Shown: in pieces, positions 1 to 8,768 of the stretch
Layout of the letters: each line of letters opens with the position of its first letter
How positions within the stretch are numbered: the stretch's first letter is position 1
Source of the DNA: a virus
Lineage: Duplodnaviria; Caudoviricetes
Reading direction: 5' to 3' (one strand)
Length of the DNA stretch: 40,104 bases
IMG/VR virus record: IMGVR_UViG_3300024275_000019
Span: 1-40,104 of that record
Made by a program: the position numbers and the translations under genes
The notes under the pieces: model-generated
What the model was told of the DNA's origin: nothing
The model's input: only the letters and a program-made list of their open reading frames with translations
Database searches by the model: none

Positions 1-273
1 CGTCTCGAAGATGCCGTCATCCGTCATGGCTCCGTAGGCTTCATATCCGGGCATATCCTTCGCCATGATGTTCAGCGAGGCGCACGGACCTTTGCGCGGA
101 CCCATGAACGCCCTGTAGCGGCCCTTGGTGCCAGCGTACTGATCTCGCTGGTCCTCGTCCACGTAGAAGGCGACGTCGGCATGCGTGGTCGTTCGAGCCA
201 CAGAGTCGATCATCTTCTGTAGTTCCTGTGGCCTGCTTCTGGTGGCGCACATCACCAACACCCGCCCGTTCAC
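1..273 (-). CDS. GT-A (GT2-like) glycosyltransferase paralog 5, N-terminal part; continues across the circular junction to 39658
   Basis: Not in the ORF track. GTG at 273 overlaps the TGA of 270..839 and reads MNGRVLVMCATRSRPQELQKMIDSV...ADVAFYVDEDQ...YEAYGAMTDDGIFET to base 1. It aligns with the N-halves of the 1498-4068 paralogs. Confidence 0.85.
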   Translation of the reverse strand, partial: MNGRVLVMCATRSRPQELQKMIDSVARTTTHADVAFYVDEDQRDQYAGTKGRYRAFMGPRKGPCASLNIMAKDMPGYEAYGAMTDDGIFET

Positions 274-839
274 GCTCCGTTCCTTTGGTAGACGTTGTCG
301 AACTCCTTGCGATCGATCTTCGTGTATCCGGGAATGTTGTAGTCGAAGTCGTCCGGGTAGAACTCCAGCACGATGATCTTCGGCTTCCACCGCTCAATAG
401 AGAATCCGCGCATGACCTCCAGCTCGAATCCCTCTACGTCCACCGTCAGTAGGTCTAGCTTGTGGAACCCGGCTTCCTCAAGGATTCGGTCCAGCCTCAA
501 ACCCTGAACGGTGAACACCTGGCGGTCTGAGGTTCCTGTGCGGGACTTGATAGAAGTCCCGGACCCTGACGGATACGGGAACCCGCCCCACGAATGGAAC
601 TCGATTGGCCCGTCCTCTCCGGCCGCAGCGACCTGCCTCCAGAGCGCCCTCACCGACTTGCCCGCGTCGAGTAAAAGCGGATTGGGCTCCACGCAGAGAA
701 CCGTCCATCCCTTGATTTCCTCGAAGTGCAGGCAGTTGCTGAAGTACTGGCCGTCGTTGGCTCCGACCTCACAGGCCCAACCGACGTCAGGCAGCAGCGG
801 CTCAATCAGGGCGTCAACGCCGTTACTGGAGTGGTACAT
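270..839 (-). CDS. FkbM-family (Methyltransf_21-like) SAM-dependent methyltransferase
   Basis: CEVGANDG SAM motif, GWTVLCVEPNP, LDLLTVDVEGFELEVMRG and PKIIVLE are typical FkbM-family motifs. Confidence 0.85.
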   Translation of the reverse strand: MYHSSNGVDALIEPLLPDVGWACEVGANDGQYFSNCLHFEEIKGWTVLCVEPNPLLLDAGKSVRALWRQVAAAGEDGPIEFHSWGGFPYPSGSGTSIKSRTGTSDRQVFTVQGLRLDRILEEAGFHKLDLLTVDVEGFELEVMRGFSIERWKPKIIVLEFYPDDFDYNIPGYTKIDRKEFDNVYQRNGA

Positions 840-1513
840 CAGACTCTCACGTAACAGTCGTTGTCGGCGCTGCGCCAGAAGCGTTGATAGCCGCGCTCTT
901 TCAGGTACTCGTCAAACTCGCCCTGCTTCCATGACTCAAGCACGATGACCCTCGGGGACCACTTGGGGATGTCGATGCTGTTCAGGACATCCAACTCCCC
1001 GCCCTCGACGTCCACGCATAGAGCGTCCAGTCTCGGGAACTGCCACTTCGCCAGCAGCGTGTCAGCCCTGCGAACCTTGGTCTTGACGATTCCCCAGCGG
1101 GCTCCGGGCTGGTACTTGGGGTTGTTGGAAACCGGCTTGAGCGCAGAGAATGCTTCCAGGCTATCCAAGTGAACGTGAAAATCCACGTCATCAGCTTCTT
1201 CCGTGCCTACCGCGCAAATCTCCACGAAAGCCCGCTCAGATATCAGCAATGGCTTCATCAACGGGTTAGCCTCAACCGAAAGAACCGTCCAGCGGTGGTT
1301 GCGCTCTAGATCCCACGTCGAGTTGATGAACCTGCCGTCCGATGCCCCGACGTCCAAGGCCCATCCCTGGTAGCCGTCCTCAAACTGCGCCCTGATCCAG
1401 TTGGACATGGGAATGTTCGTGGGCAGGCGCATCTCGTTCTTCTGCCCAATCGTCTCGGGAGTCAACTCATCGCCGTGGTGGAACACCTCGACGTTCTCTA
1501 GCTCTTTACGCAT
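839..1513 (-). CDS. FkbM-family SAM-dependent methyltransferase, paralog of 270..839
   Basis: LDVGASDG, WTVLSVEANP, LDALCVDVEGGELDVL, PRVIVLE. TGATG overlap with the next gene. Confidence 0.85.
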   Translation of the reverse strand: MRKELENVEVFHHGDELTPETIGQKNEMRLPTNIPMSNWIRAQFEDGYQGWALDVGASDGRFINSTWDLERNHRWTVLSVEANPLMKPLLISERAFVEICAVGTEEADDVDFHVHLDSLEAFSALKPVSNNPKYQPGARWGIVKTKVRRADTLLAKWQFPRLDALCVDVEGGELDVLNSIDIPKWSPRVIVLESWKQGEFDEYLKERGYQRFWRSADNDCYVRV

Positions 1514-2145
1514 GCGATCTCCGCCCTTAGCTTATCGAGGATGTCCCTGCGGCGATTGACCGTCCAGCCCAAGAACTGAAGGCAGTCTTTGAGGAACACC
1601 GGAACGGTCTTGTTGTTCCTATCGACGTAGTGGTGCAGGCCGAACTCATAGGGCTCGGCGTATCGGATGTTGGTCGCCTCTCCCAGAAGCTCCAGCACGG
1701 TATCCCAGCAGAAGTGCAGGGTCTCAGGACAAGCAAACCAGCCGACGTTCTGAATCCACTCCCGGCTCACGTAGGGGAAGTTCACGAACTTGCCGCCGTT
1801 GTGGTACGGGGAGACGACTCCAAGTCTCGCTGGGAACTCTGCCACAACTCGCTCAACCCACTTGTCCCAGCCTGGCGTCAGGAATACAGCGTCATCGGTC
1901 ATCTGTCCGTAGATCGTGTATTCAGGGAATGCCCCAACGGCTTTGTTTAGGCTGCCCACGATATCGGTCCTTGGGGCGAAGTTTTTACGCATCCGCCTTC
2001 CTGCTAGCCCCGCGTACAGTTCGGCCTGATCGTCGTCTATGCACAGCAGCATGTCTGCCGACTCGCTGGTATCCAGCATGGTCTGGTAAGCACGCTTGGC
2101 GAGGTCTGGATTGTCCCTCGTGGGCATGAGGACGACGATGCTCAC
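1498..2145 (-). CDS. GT-A (GT2-like) glycosyltransferase paralog 4
   Basis: Probable GTG start at 2145 (GTGA overlap). IVVLMPTRD N-terminal strand, LCIDDDQ, DxD-like MTDD, TPGWDKW, FPYVSREW. Confidence 0.75.
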   Translation of the reverse strand: MSIVVLMPTRDNPDLAKRAYQTMLDTSESADMLLCIDDDQAELYAGLAGRRMRKNFAPRTDIVGSLNKAVGAFPEYTIYGQMTDDAVFLTPGWDKWVERVVAEFPARLGVVSPYHNGGKFVNFPYVSREWIQNVGWFACPETLHFCWDTVLELLGEATNIRYAEPYEFGLHHYVDRNNKTVPVFLKDCLQFLGWTVNRRRDILDKLRAEIACVKS

Positions 2146-2804
2146 TTGGTCTTCGCCAGTTGCGCCTTCAAGGCGGTCAGGATTCTCGGGAACTCGTGGA
2201 CGCACCACATGTAGAACTTGACCGCGTCAATCGGAAGTCTTTCCTCGCCGAACTCGCTCTTTTTCATCTCGTGGTTGATGTAGAACCGCTCAGGATCACA
2301 CTTGACGGCAACGTCACCAATCTCCCCCAGCAGGGCCATAGCAGTAGGCCAGCACCACTGAACCAGACCGGACGGCGCGAACTCTCCAACCACGTCCAGC
2401 CACTCTCTCGTCACGAACGGGATGTCCACATGGCTGCCGAAGGGGTGGGCGGGAGAGATCACACACTCTCGCCTCGGAAGTCCATCCGCTAGCCCTATCG
2501 CGTACTCGTCCCAGCCGGGCGTCTTGAACTCGCAGTCGTCGGGCACGAAACCGAACAGTCCGGCCCGATACTTGGCACACAGGTACTCAGCCGACTGGAC
2601 GGGTCCGATCCGGTCTCCAGTCTCGATCTTGATGCGGTCGTGAGAGATTCCGGCCCGGCTGATGTCGTCAAAGTAGATGCCCCGCTGGTCGTTGTCCACG
2701 TAAAACACCAGATTAGCTACGGAGGTGGTCTCCACGAACGACCGGGCGAGCCTGACCGCCAACTGTGGGCGATCTCTCGTGGGGCAGGCAACAAGCAGCC
2801 TCAA
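2142..2804 (-). CDS. GT-A (GT2-like) glycosyltransferase paralog 3
   Basis: Probable TTG start at 2804 (TTGA overlap). LLVACPTRDRP, FYVDNDQ, VPDDCEFKTPGWDEY, IPFVTREW. Confidence 0.75.
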   Translation of the reverse strand: MRLLVACPTRDRPQLAVRLARSFVETTSVANLVFYVDNDQRGIYFDDISRAGISHDRIKIETGDRIGPVQSAEYLCAKYRAGLFGFVPDDCEFKTPGWDEYAIGLADGLPRRECVISPAHPFGSHVDIPFVTREWLDVVGEFAPSGLVQWCWPTAMALLGEIGDVAVKCDPERFYINHEMKKSEFGEERLPIDAVKFYMWCVHEFPRILTALKAQLAKTK

Positions 2805-3415
2805 GCCATCTCCGCCCTGAGCTTGTCCAGACAGCCCTTGAACTGGCGGGCCATGAACCACAGAAAGGCTTCAGAGTCCTTGGCTAAATCTGAGGCCGCC
2901 CCGTCCCCGCAGATGCCGGAGTGGCGTAGGATGTCATGTTCCATGTAGATCGTCCGTCCTAGGGCATCTGAGAGGGATTGTAGGGCCGTATCCTGGCAGT
3001 ACCGCGACATAGTCGGGGGGCTGAGCCACCCCAAGGCGTCAATCCACCTCCGGGACACACAGGGCCAGTTGACCTGCGGCTCCCCGCGTTCCCTTGCCAC
3101 GTTGACCACTGCCAGTTCGTCTCCGGGGAATAGCTGCTCTACTTCCTTGTCCCACCCCTCCCGTGTAAAAACTACATCGTCCGAGGCGATCAGGTAGTAG
3201 TCGAACTCCCGGTTATCGTCGCAGAGGACGTTCATGGCCGGTCCCCGGCCGATAGGCGGTCCTACCGTCATTCCGGCACATAGCTGGTATCCGGATGGGT
3301 CGTCGGAGTCCACATACGACAGGACCGATGCGTTGGAGGTGTTGCTGACCGACCGGCGCATTTCCTTGAACGCCGCCACCCTTCCCCTCGTGGGACACAC
3401 CACCGCAATGCTCAT
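2801..3415 (-). CDS. GT-A (GT2-like) glycosyltransferase paralog 2
   Basis: IAVVCPTRGR, YVDSDD, ASDDVVFTREGWD, WPCVSRRWIDALG. Confidence 0.75.
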   Translation of the reverse strand: MSIAVVCPTRGRVAAFKEMRRSVSNTSNASVLSYVDSDDPSGYQLCAGMTVGPPIGRGPAMNVLCDDNREFDYYLIASDDVVFTREGWDKEVEQLFPGDELAVVNVARERGEPQVNWPCVSRRWIDALGWLSPPTMSRYCQDTALQSLSDALGRTIYMEHDILRHSGICGDGAASDLAKDSEAFLWFMARQFKGCLDKLRAEMA

Positions 3416-4068
3416 GACATGGCCGCCCTGACCCTCTCGACCACCGCAGGCATCTTGAGGCTCACGTAGTTGTAGAACTCGGTGTTGTCTTTTTCCCTGC
3501 GGTCAGGATAGGTCCCGTCCACGTAGTCATGGTCGATATTGAACGACTGAGCCGGAGCGTGGACGATGGCCGTCATCTCGCCGATCAGGCTTGTCACCGT
3601 GGGCCATGCGTAGTGGTACATCGTCGGGCAGGCAAACCAGCCGGTGGACTTGATCCATGCCTGGGTCACGAACGGCATATCGACGTGGTTTCCCTGATTG
3701 TGGTGTGGGGAGATCACGCACAGGTTGTTAGGAAACACCCCCACCGTCTCCAGCACCCATTCATCCCAGCCCGGCGTGGAGATCACCGAATCGTCGGTGA
3801 CCATCCCGTAGACGGCGTATTCAGGAAACTTGGCGGCCAGCGTGTTGCAGGCAGAGACGGGGCCGATCCTTGGCCCGTACCAGTCTCTGACCCTGCCGCG
3901 TAGTCCGTCTGCCTTCTCGATTCCGTGGTACAGATCGTACTGATCGTCATCGGCGTAGAAGATCACGTCCGACTTGGCGCTGGTCCCCATGACCGATCCA
4001 GCCATCCTTCGGAACTCGCTCAGCCGATCCCTGGTAGGACATAGCACCGCGATCCTGCCGTTGTTCAC
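3412..4068 (-). CDS. GT-A (GT2-like) glycosyltransferase paralog 1
   Basis: IAVLCPTRDR, FYADDDQ, VTDDSVISTPGWDEW, MPFVTQAW. Confidence 0.75.
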   Translation of the reverse strand: MNNGRIAVLCPTRDRLSEFRRMAGSVMGTSAKSDVIFYADDDQYDLYHGIEKADGLRGRVRDWYGPRIGPVSACNTLAAKFPEYAVYGMVTDDSVISTPGWDEWVLETVGVFPNNLCVISPHHNQGNHVDMPFVTQAWIKSTGWFACPTMYHYAWPTVTSLIGEMTAIVHAPAQSFNIDHDYVDGTYPDRREKDNTEFYNYVSLKMPAVVERVRAAMS

Positions 4069-5285
4069 AGAACCATCTCCGGGTTGGGGAGCGGGAACAA
4101 CATCGTCGTCCCGGTCGAACGAAGCTTCTCTTCCCGTGCTACGAACTCGCTCCTGAACGAATACGGTCCAACAACCAGAAGTCTTGGGCGCGCCGCACGC
4201 ATGGTTTCCTCAGACGTGATCGGAAGCCACGAGCCAGCCATCAACCTGCCGTGCTTGGCGTGGTTCCTGTCCGCAACCGCGAGGAACGTCTGCGGGGCAT
4301 CCAGGTACTGGAGCATCATCGTCAGCTTGGTGCTGGCCCCGTATCCCCAAGCCGGTCCGTTACGCCTCGCGTTGTCCGACAGTAGATCCTGCATCAGCCG
4401 CTTCCAGCGCGGCACCCTGAGCGCGAATAGCGACACTCTCTCGGTCGTGGCCTTGGGCATCCCCTGAATGTTGCGCTCGACCACCCGACTGGAGGCTTTG
4501 GTCGCAAACACGCGCATGCTGCCGCCGTTGATGCCGTTGAACGTGACGTCCACGATCTTGAGCCCGGCCCGCTTGTACAGGTCCTTGAGTCCGTGAATGT
4601 CCCAGTAGGTGACGTGCTCGTGGCAGATGCCGTCGAACCCGTTGTTGTCCAGCATGGTCGGTGAGTCGTTGAGCTGGTTGACCCATACTCCATCGTTTTC
4701 AAGAATGGCTTCGATGTCCTTACAGAACGACAGCGGATCGTCCAAGTCGTAGAACATCGCGCACGAGGTGATGACGCTGAACTTGCCTTCATACTTGTCC
4801 GCCACCGCCGCCTTACTGAAGAACCCGCCAATCACGTAGTCGGCGTGTTCCTCAAGCTGGGCATGGAACGTAGCGGCGGGCTCGCAGGCCACCTTGGTAA
4901 ACACGCTAGGAACGTATCCCAGCAGGCACCCATCGTTCGCTCCGATATCCAGCCATGCTCCATCCTGCTGGTAGATCTCCGCCGACCTCACAACGTCCTT
5001 CAGGGCCTCGCGCATGGTCTGGTTCATGCTCGACCTGTACCAGTACTCGTTGTAGAGCAGGTCTACGTCGGTACTGTGTAGCAACTGGAGAAGCCCACAG
5101 TTTCCGCAGCGCACGAGCACCAGCGGGGCCTTGGGTAGCATGGTGTTGGGGTCGGCCGGGAACGCGCACAGGTACTGCTCTCCCAGCACCAGCACTTCAA
5201 CCAGGGTCGTGGACCCACAGCTACGGCAGTTCTTTCTTGCGGTGTAGATCGGCTTAACGATCTGTTCTCCTTCCGTGACGCTCAC
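4065..5285 (-). CDS. NDP-hexose C-methyltransferase (TcaB9/NovU/EryBIII-like; Zn-binding N-terminus, SAM domain, C-terminal domain)
   Basis: CRSCG...LVRCGNCGLLQL Zn site, YWYRSS, LDIGANDG, FDGICHEHVTY, GGSMRVF, GYGASTK. Probable GTG start at 5285 overlapping the upstream TGA. Confidence 0.88.
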   Translation of the reverse strand: MSVTEGEQIVKPIYTARKNCRSCGSTTLVEVLVLGEQYLCAFPADPNTMLPKAPLVLVRCGNCGLLQLLHSTDVDLLYNEYWYRSSMNQTMREALKDVVRSAEIYQQDGAWLDIGANDGCLLGYVPSVFTKVACEPAATFHAQLEEHADYVIGGFFSKAAVADKYEGKFSVITSCAMFYDLDDPLSFCKDIEAILENDGVWVNQLNDSPTMLDNNGFDGICHEHVTYWDIHGLKDLYKRAGLKIVDVTFNGINGGSMRVFATKASSRVVERNIQGMPKATTERVSLFALRVPRWKRLMQDLLSDNARRNGPAWGYGASTKLTMMLQYLDAPQTFLAVADRNHAKHGRLMAGSWLPITSEETMRAARPRLLVVGPYSFRSEFVAREEKLRSTGTTMLFPLPNPEMVL

Positions 5286-5485
5286 TTGCCGTCCCTCCGT
5301 TTGATGTAGGCGCAAAGCTTCTCGTCTTGCTGTGGGGTAAGCTTGATGTCTATAGCAGGCACGAACCCGAACAGGAGTTCAAACTCCCGGTCAGACACCC
5401 AGCCCACCTTCTCGTCTTCCGGGCCGAGATGGATCACTTTGTTTCTGACCCCACGCACAGCGTAGGGAACGTACTTGTCCCTCAT
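5282..5485 (-). CDS. Hypothetical protein (67 aa) between the terminase and the glycosylation cassette
   Basis: ATG overlaps the terminase stop (ATGA) and its own stop overlaps the next GTG. Reads MRDKYVPYAVRG...KRRDGK. Confidence 0.65.
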   Translation of the reverse strand: MRDKYVPYAVRGVRNKVIHLGPEDEKVGWVSDREFELLFGFVPAIDIKLTPQQDEKLCAYIKRRDGK

Positions 5486-7275
5486 AGCATCCGCTCCGGG
5501 TTTCTGGGGTTCTCGTCTCTCCAGTTGGCGAGTTCGTCGTCTTCCCACATGCGGGGGTTGACACCCTCTCCGTTGATCGGAGTAGCGCCGCCCATGTAGC
5601 CACCCCGGCGGGGCTCGTTCTTTCTCATGCCGATGTAGACATCTGGGTGGAAGGCGTCGGAGTGGGCATCGGCCCAGTCGATCTTGAGCTTGGGGTTGAT
5701 CATGTACTGTCCGATCTTGGACATCTGCTCGCAGAGCCTGTCTACTCCCCGCGCACCCTTGACGATCCTGACGTGTCCATCCACCCAAAACGATGCTGCA
5801 GCAACGAGCCTGCTGGTCTTCTTCTCGCTGTGGCGCTTGAACTCGTGAAGTCTTCCGCCCGGAAACGGTTCGTTCACGTCGTTGAACATGTTGAGCAGAG
5901 AGAGTCCCCAAGCACCCTTCTTGCCCGCCATGGTCTCTTCATCGGTGATACGGAACACCTTGCGTCCCATCTTCCGGTATCTCTGACAGAGTGAGACGAG
6001 ACGGCTGCCAAAATCCTCGGCTCTCCACATGGGCGATCCGTCGCCCTCGATCACGTACACATCTCCTGACCCGTTCCGTGGGTACCCGTGAACGATGAAG
6101 ACCGTCTCGTCCTTGCTCACCCTACTCTGTCCATCCCAGAGCGCGGTGTCACACATGATGGCGTAGCGCAGTGCCGACCACGGAACCTGGTTGGGCTCGA
6201 TCAGGCACTGGCTGATCTGCTCTTTAGTGATGGGGTTGAACTCACTGATGGCGGGATCGTTCATGATCTGGCTCGCGTAGCGGAGCGGGTCGCGGCGCTG
6301 GTAGTCATTCAGGCGCCTTTCCGACCAGACTTTCGGCGTGGTCGGCTTGCCCGTCGTGTCTCTCCCTGCCATGAAGTAGACGTGCCATTTCCCGGCGGGG
6401 TCCAGCGTGATCGAGTCTGTCTGCATGCCGTCAACGCTGGCGACGCCTTCTTCTCGGAAGGCCACGCCAAAATGGTCATCGTCATCGTACCGGGTGCCGA
6501 CCCAAACGACCAGCGCGTCTGATTGGATTGCAGGAAAGAGTGAAGTGACCTGAGTATTGACTGACTGGAGCCAGTTGGTATCTGTGACCATTCGCTCGTA
6601 GGAAATAGGATCGTCATAGAATATGGCGTCGGGATGTGATCCCGTGATGCTGGTTTCGACCGCGAACGTGCCGAAGCTCGGGTCCTGACGCGAGGTGTTC
6701 TTGCGCCCGCCATGTACGATCTCCTTGCCCGTCCACTTCCTACTTCCCGTCGCCCAGTTGCCGTAGAGCCTGCTCCAGAGCGCGTGCGGGTCCGATCCAT
6801 CAAGCACCGCCTTCATCGCCTCCAGCATCTTCATGCTCAGTTCGGTCTTCTCTGAGCCTGTGTAGCTGGAGAACTCTGGGTCTCTGAGGTGGAGCCACAA
6901 CTGCCCGGCGCGGGTCATCAGCGTGGTCTTGCCGACTTCTCGATGAACGAGGATGGCTAGGTGCTTTTGCTCTCCAAGATGCTTTCCGTTGGCGTCCATG
7001 CTACGACGCTTGACCATCCACTCGTCCACATGATGCTGAAACCACCGGGCCAGTGGCTCGTGAACGGATGGTTCAATCCAACGCTGGCCGCGAGGGTTGG
7101 ATCCAGCGCCGAAGGCATAGAGGAAAAAGGTCCAGAAGTCTCTCCGGCACATCTCACGGAGAAGCGCCATCTCTCCCTGAGAGTCCCATGAAGTGTCTCT
7201 GCGTACCTTGCCGTCTTCATCAAGATACCGGGTTGTGCTCTTCTTCCGGAACTCTACTGTCGTCGGAGACGGCAC
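5482..7275 (-). CDS. terL: Terminase large subunit
   Basis: Walker A HREVGKTT, Walker B DAIFYDDP, coupling motif VGTRY, nuclease acidic residues IMCDTA...DET...DWADA. The true start may be the ATG at 7170 (AGGGAG upstream). Confidence 0.88.
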   Translation of the reverse strand: MPSPTTVEFRKKSTTRYLDEDGKVRRDTSWDSQGEMALLREMCRRDFWTFFLYAFGAGSNPRGQRWIEPSVHEPLARWFQHHVDEWMVKRRSMDANGKHLGEQKHLAILVHREVGKTTLMTRAGQLWLHLRDPEFSSYTGSEKTELSMKMLEAMKAVLDGSDPHALWSRLYGNWATGSRKWTGKEIVHGGRKNTSRQDPSFGTFAVETSITGSHPDAIFYDDPISYERMVTDTNWLQSVNTQVTSLFPAIQSDALVVWVGTRYDDDDHFGVAFREEGVASVDGMQTDSITLDPAGKWHVYFMAGRDTTGKPTTPKVWSERRLNDYQRRDPLRYASQIMNDPAISEFNPITKEQISQCLIEPNQVPWSALRYAIMCDTALWDGQSRVSKDETVFIVHGYPRNGSGDVYVIEGDGSPMWRAEDFGSRLVSLCQRYRKMGRKVFRITDEETMAGKKGAWGLSLLNMFNDVNEPFPGGRLHEFKRHSEKKTSRLVAAASFWVDGHVRIVKGARGVDRLCEQMSKIGQYMINPKLKIDWADAHSDAFHPDVYIGMRKNEPRRGGYMGGATPINGEGVNPRMWEDDELANWRDENPRNPERML

Positions 7276-7792
7276 TGGTAAGCCCCACGTCTGACTGTTC
7301 CGCTGCCTTCATGCGAGCCTGCTGTCTTGCCACCAGGATCTTGGTCGCCGCTTCTCTGCACCACGCCTGCTTGGCTTCGAGGTCTTCCCCGCGCGGGAAT
7401 CCCTGCGGTAGTCCGGGCTTCTTCAGCTCCGGGAACATCCGGTAGAGATTCTTGACGCTCCGGCACTTGAGCACGATCAGGCGATCTTCTTCGGTCAGAT
7501 GATTCTCGCCAACCTTCGGCACTACCTTATCCACTTCCGGGCGATATGGAAAGGCTCTTTTGAAGGCGATCTGGGCGAGGATGGCTCCGGCTGGCTTGAT
7601 CAGGCGGGCGATGCGCTCAATGACCTCGTTGTCGTCCATCGGCTCTGGAAGCACCACGCTGGAGGACTTCTCTGCTGCGAGCATCCGCAGGGCCTTGAAC
7701 TGGTCCCTGTGCTCTGAGTCTTGGGAGATGGCCTCGATGTCGGCGGTGATCTCTTCGATGGAGCGGCGCTTGGGCTTAGTGGCTTCGGTCAT
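7220..7792 (-). CDS. Hypothetical protein, candidate terminase small subunit
   Basis: 190 aa, helical and charged, immediately upstream of terL. The function is assigned by position only. Confidence 0.45.
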   Translation of the reverse strand: MTEATKPKRRSIEEITADIEAISQDSEHRDQFKALRMLAAEKSSSVVLPEPMDDNEVIERIARLIKPAGAILAQIAFKRAFPYRPEVDKVVPKVGENHLTEEDRLIVLKCRSVKNLYRMFPELKKPGLPQGFPRGEDLEAKQAWCREAATKILVARQQARMKAAEQSDVGLTSAVSDDSRVPEEEHNPVS

Positions 7793-8568
7793 GTCGTCCT
7801 AAACGTGGCTATCGCCATGTTTCCGGGAGCAGCGTCGCCGGTCATGGTCGCAGTCTGGATGGTTGTAAATGAGGCATACCACTCTGCTATTAGGGTAGCA
7901 AAGTTGCCATTTTGTCCAAGCGCGAACGGCTGATCAACAGAGACAAATCCCGAACCCGGAGCAGCTACGGCCACTGCTATCTGCGGCGCCGACGACATTG
8001 GCTGAGAACAACTCAGCGTTGCTGGACCCGCCGAAAGTAGGGCAGATCCTGTCGTGTCGAGTGGCGGCGATGCTGGCAGGGTTATCTCGGTGGCGAAGCA
8101 CGCTATTTCTGACGGCACGTCCGGTGTTATAACTAGATCTGCCGTGGCCGAAGATAGAGCGGTTAGATATGCTATTCCGCATGTGAGGGACGCTCCGTTG
8201 GACGCGAACACCGCCAGAGTCGCGGACTGTCCGTTCCAAGTTGCGGTGAATGACGTTGTGTGCGGCGGTCCTTCATCGTGGAAGTTGGCCCCGATTACCA
8301 GCGTGCTTCCTGCACCACACGTCACCCCCTCAAGCGTGAACGACACGGTCGGGAACTCAACGATCTGCCCGCCAACCCCACGAGGAATGCGAAGACCAAA
8401 CACTCTGGGCGGCGAGGTCCACGATTTCAGGACATTCCTCCTGGGAAGTAGGATGAACGGAGTCGCCAGCCCGCACTGCCAGCACCGATAAAAATCGGGC
8501 GGCGCTGTAAAGTCCCACTTGGCGATCTTCTCTTCGCAGCCGGGGCAGTAGTACTCGAAGTCGCTCAG
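7789..8568 (-). CDS. Zn-ribbon plus Ser/Thr/Ala-rich beta-domain protein, possibly virion-associated; probable CTG start
   Basis: The frame of track ORF 7789..8403 stays open upstream through LSDFEYYCPGCEEK...YRCWQCG. CTG at 8568 overlaps the upstream TGA. Confidence 0.55.
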   Translation of the reverse strand: MSDFEYYCPGCEEKIAKWDFTAPPDFYRCWQCGLATPFILLPRRNVLKSWTSPPRVFGLRIPRGVGGQIVEFPTVSFTLEGVTCGAGSTLVIGANFHDEGPPHTTSFTATWNGQSATLAVFASNGASLTCGIAYLTALSSATADLVITPDVPSEIACFATEITLPASPPLDTTGSALLSAGPATLSCSQPMSSAPQIAVAVAAPGSGFVSVDQPFALGQNGNFATLIAEWYASFTTIQTATMTGDAAPGNMAIATFRTT

Positions 8569-8768
8569 GGCTTGATCGCCTGCTTGATGCGCTGATAGCC
8601 AGCCTTGATGTTCTGGACGGCAGCGCCGGACTGGCGCTTCAGCTCGGAGAATCCACCCATGATGTCTGAGGCATATTTACTCAGCGGATCGGGTAATGAT
8701 CCGATGCCAGCGTTCAGCCGCTTCTTTGGAGCCGTTCGCTTCGAAAATAGGCTGTCGGGAGCTGCCAT
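8565..8768 (-). CDS. Small basic hypothetical protein
   Basis: AGGAGG RBS upstream of ATG 8768; co-oriented with the late operon. Confidence 0.6.
   Translation of the reverse strand: MAAPDSLFSKRTAPKKRLNAGIGSLPDPLSKYASDIMGGFSELKRQSGAAVQNIKAGYQRIKQAIKP

Noticed and set aside
41-397. Track ORF 41..397 (-) as the gene at the left edge
   Set aside because: It is a low-complexity off-frame translation. The frame 273..1 encodes the GT-A paralog.
270-4068. Host LPS/capsule locus or Gtr-type serotype-conversion cassette
   Set aside because: The genes are translationally coupled to phage terminase and structural genes. There is no membrane GT, flippase or integrase.
1-5285. Cassette as a DNA hypermodification system
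   Set aside because: I recognise no hydroxymethylase, thymidylate-synthase homolog, TET/JBP dioxygenase, nucleotide kinase or phage DNA polymerase to create a base handle, and the genes lie in the morphogenesis operon. Disfavoured but not excluded without nucleoside MS.
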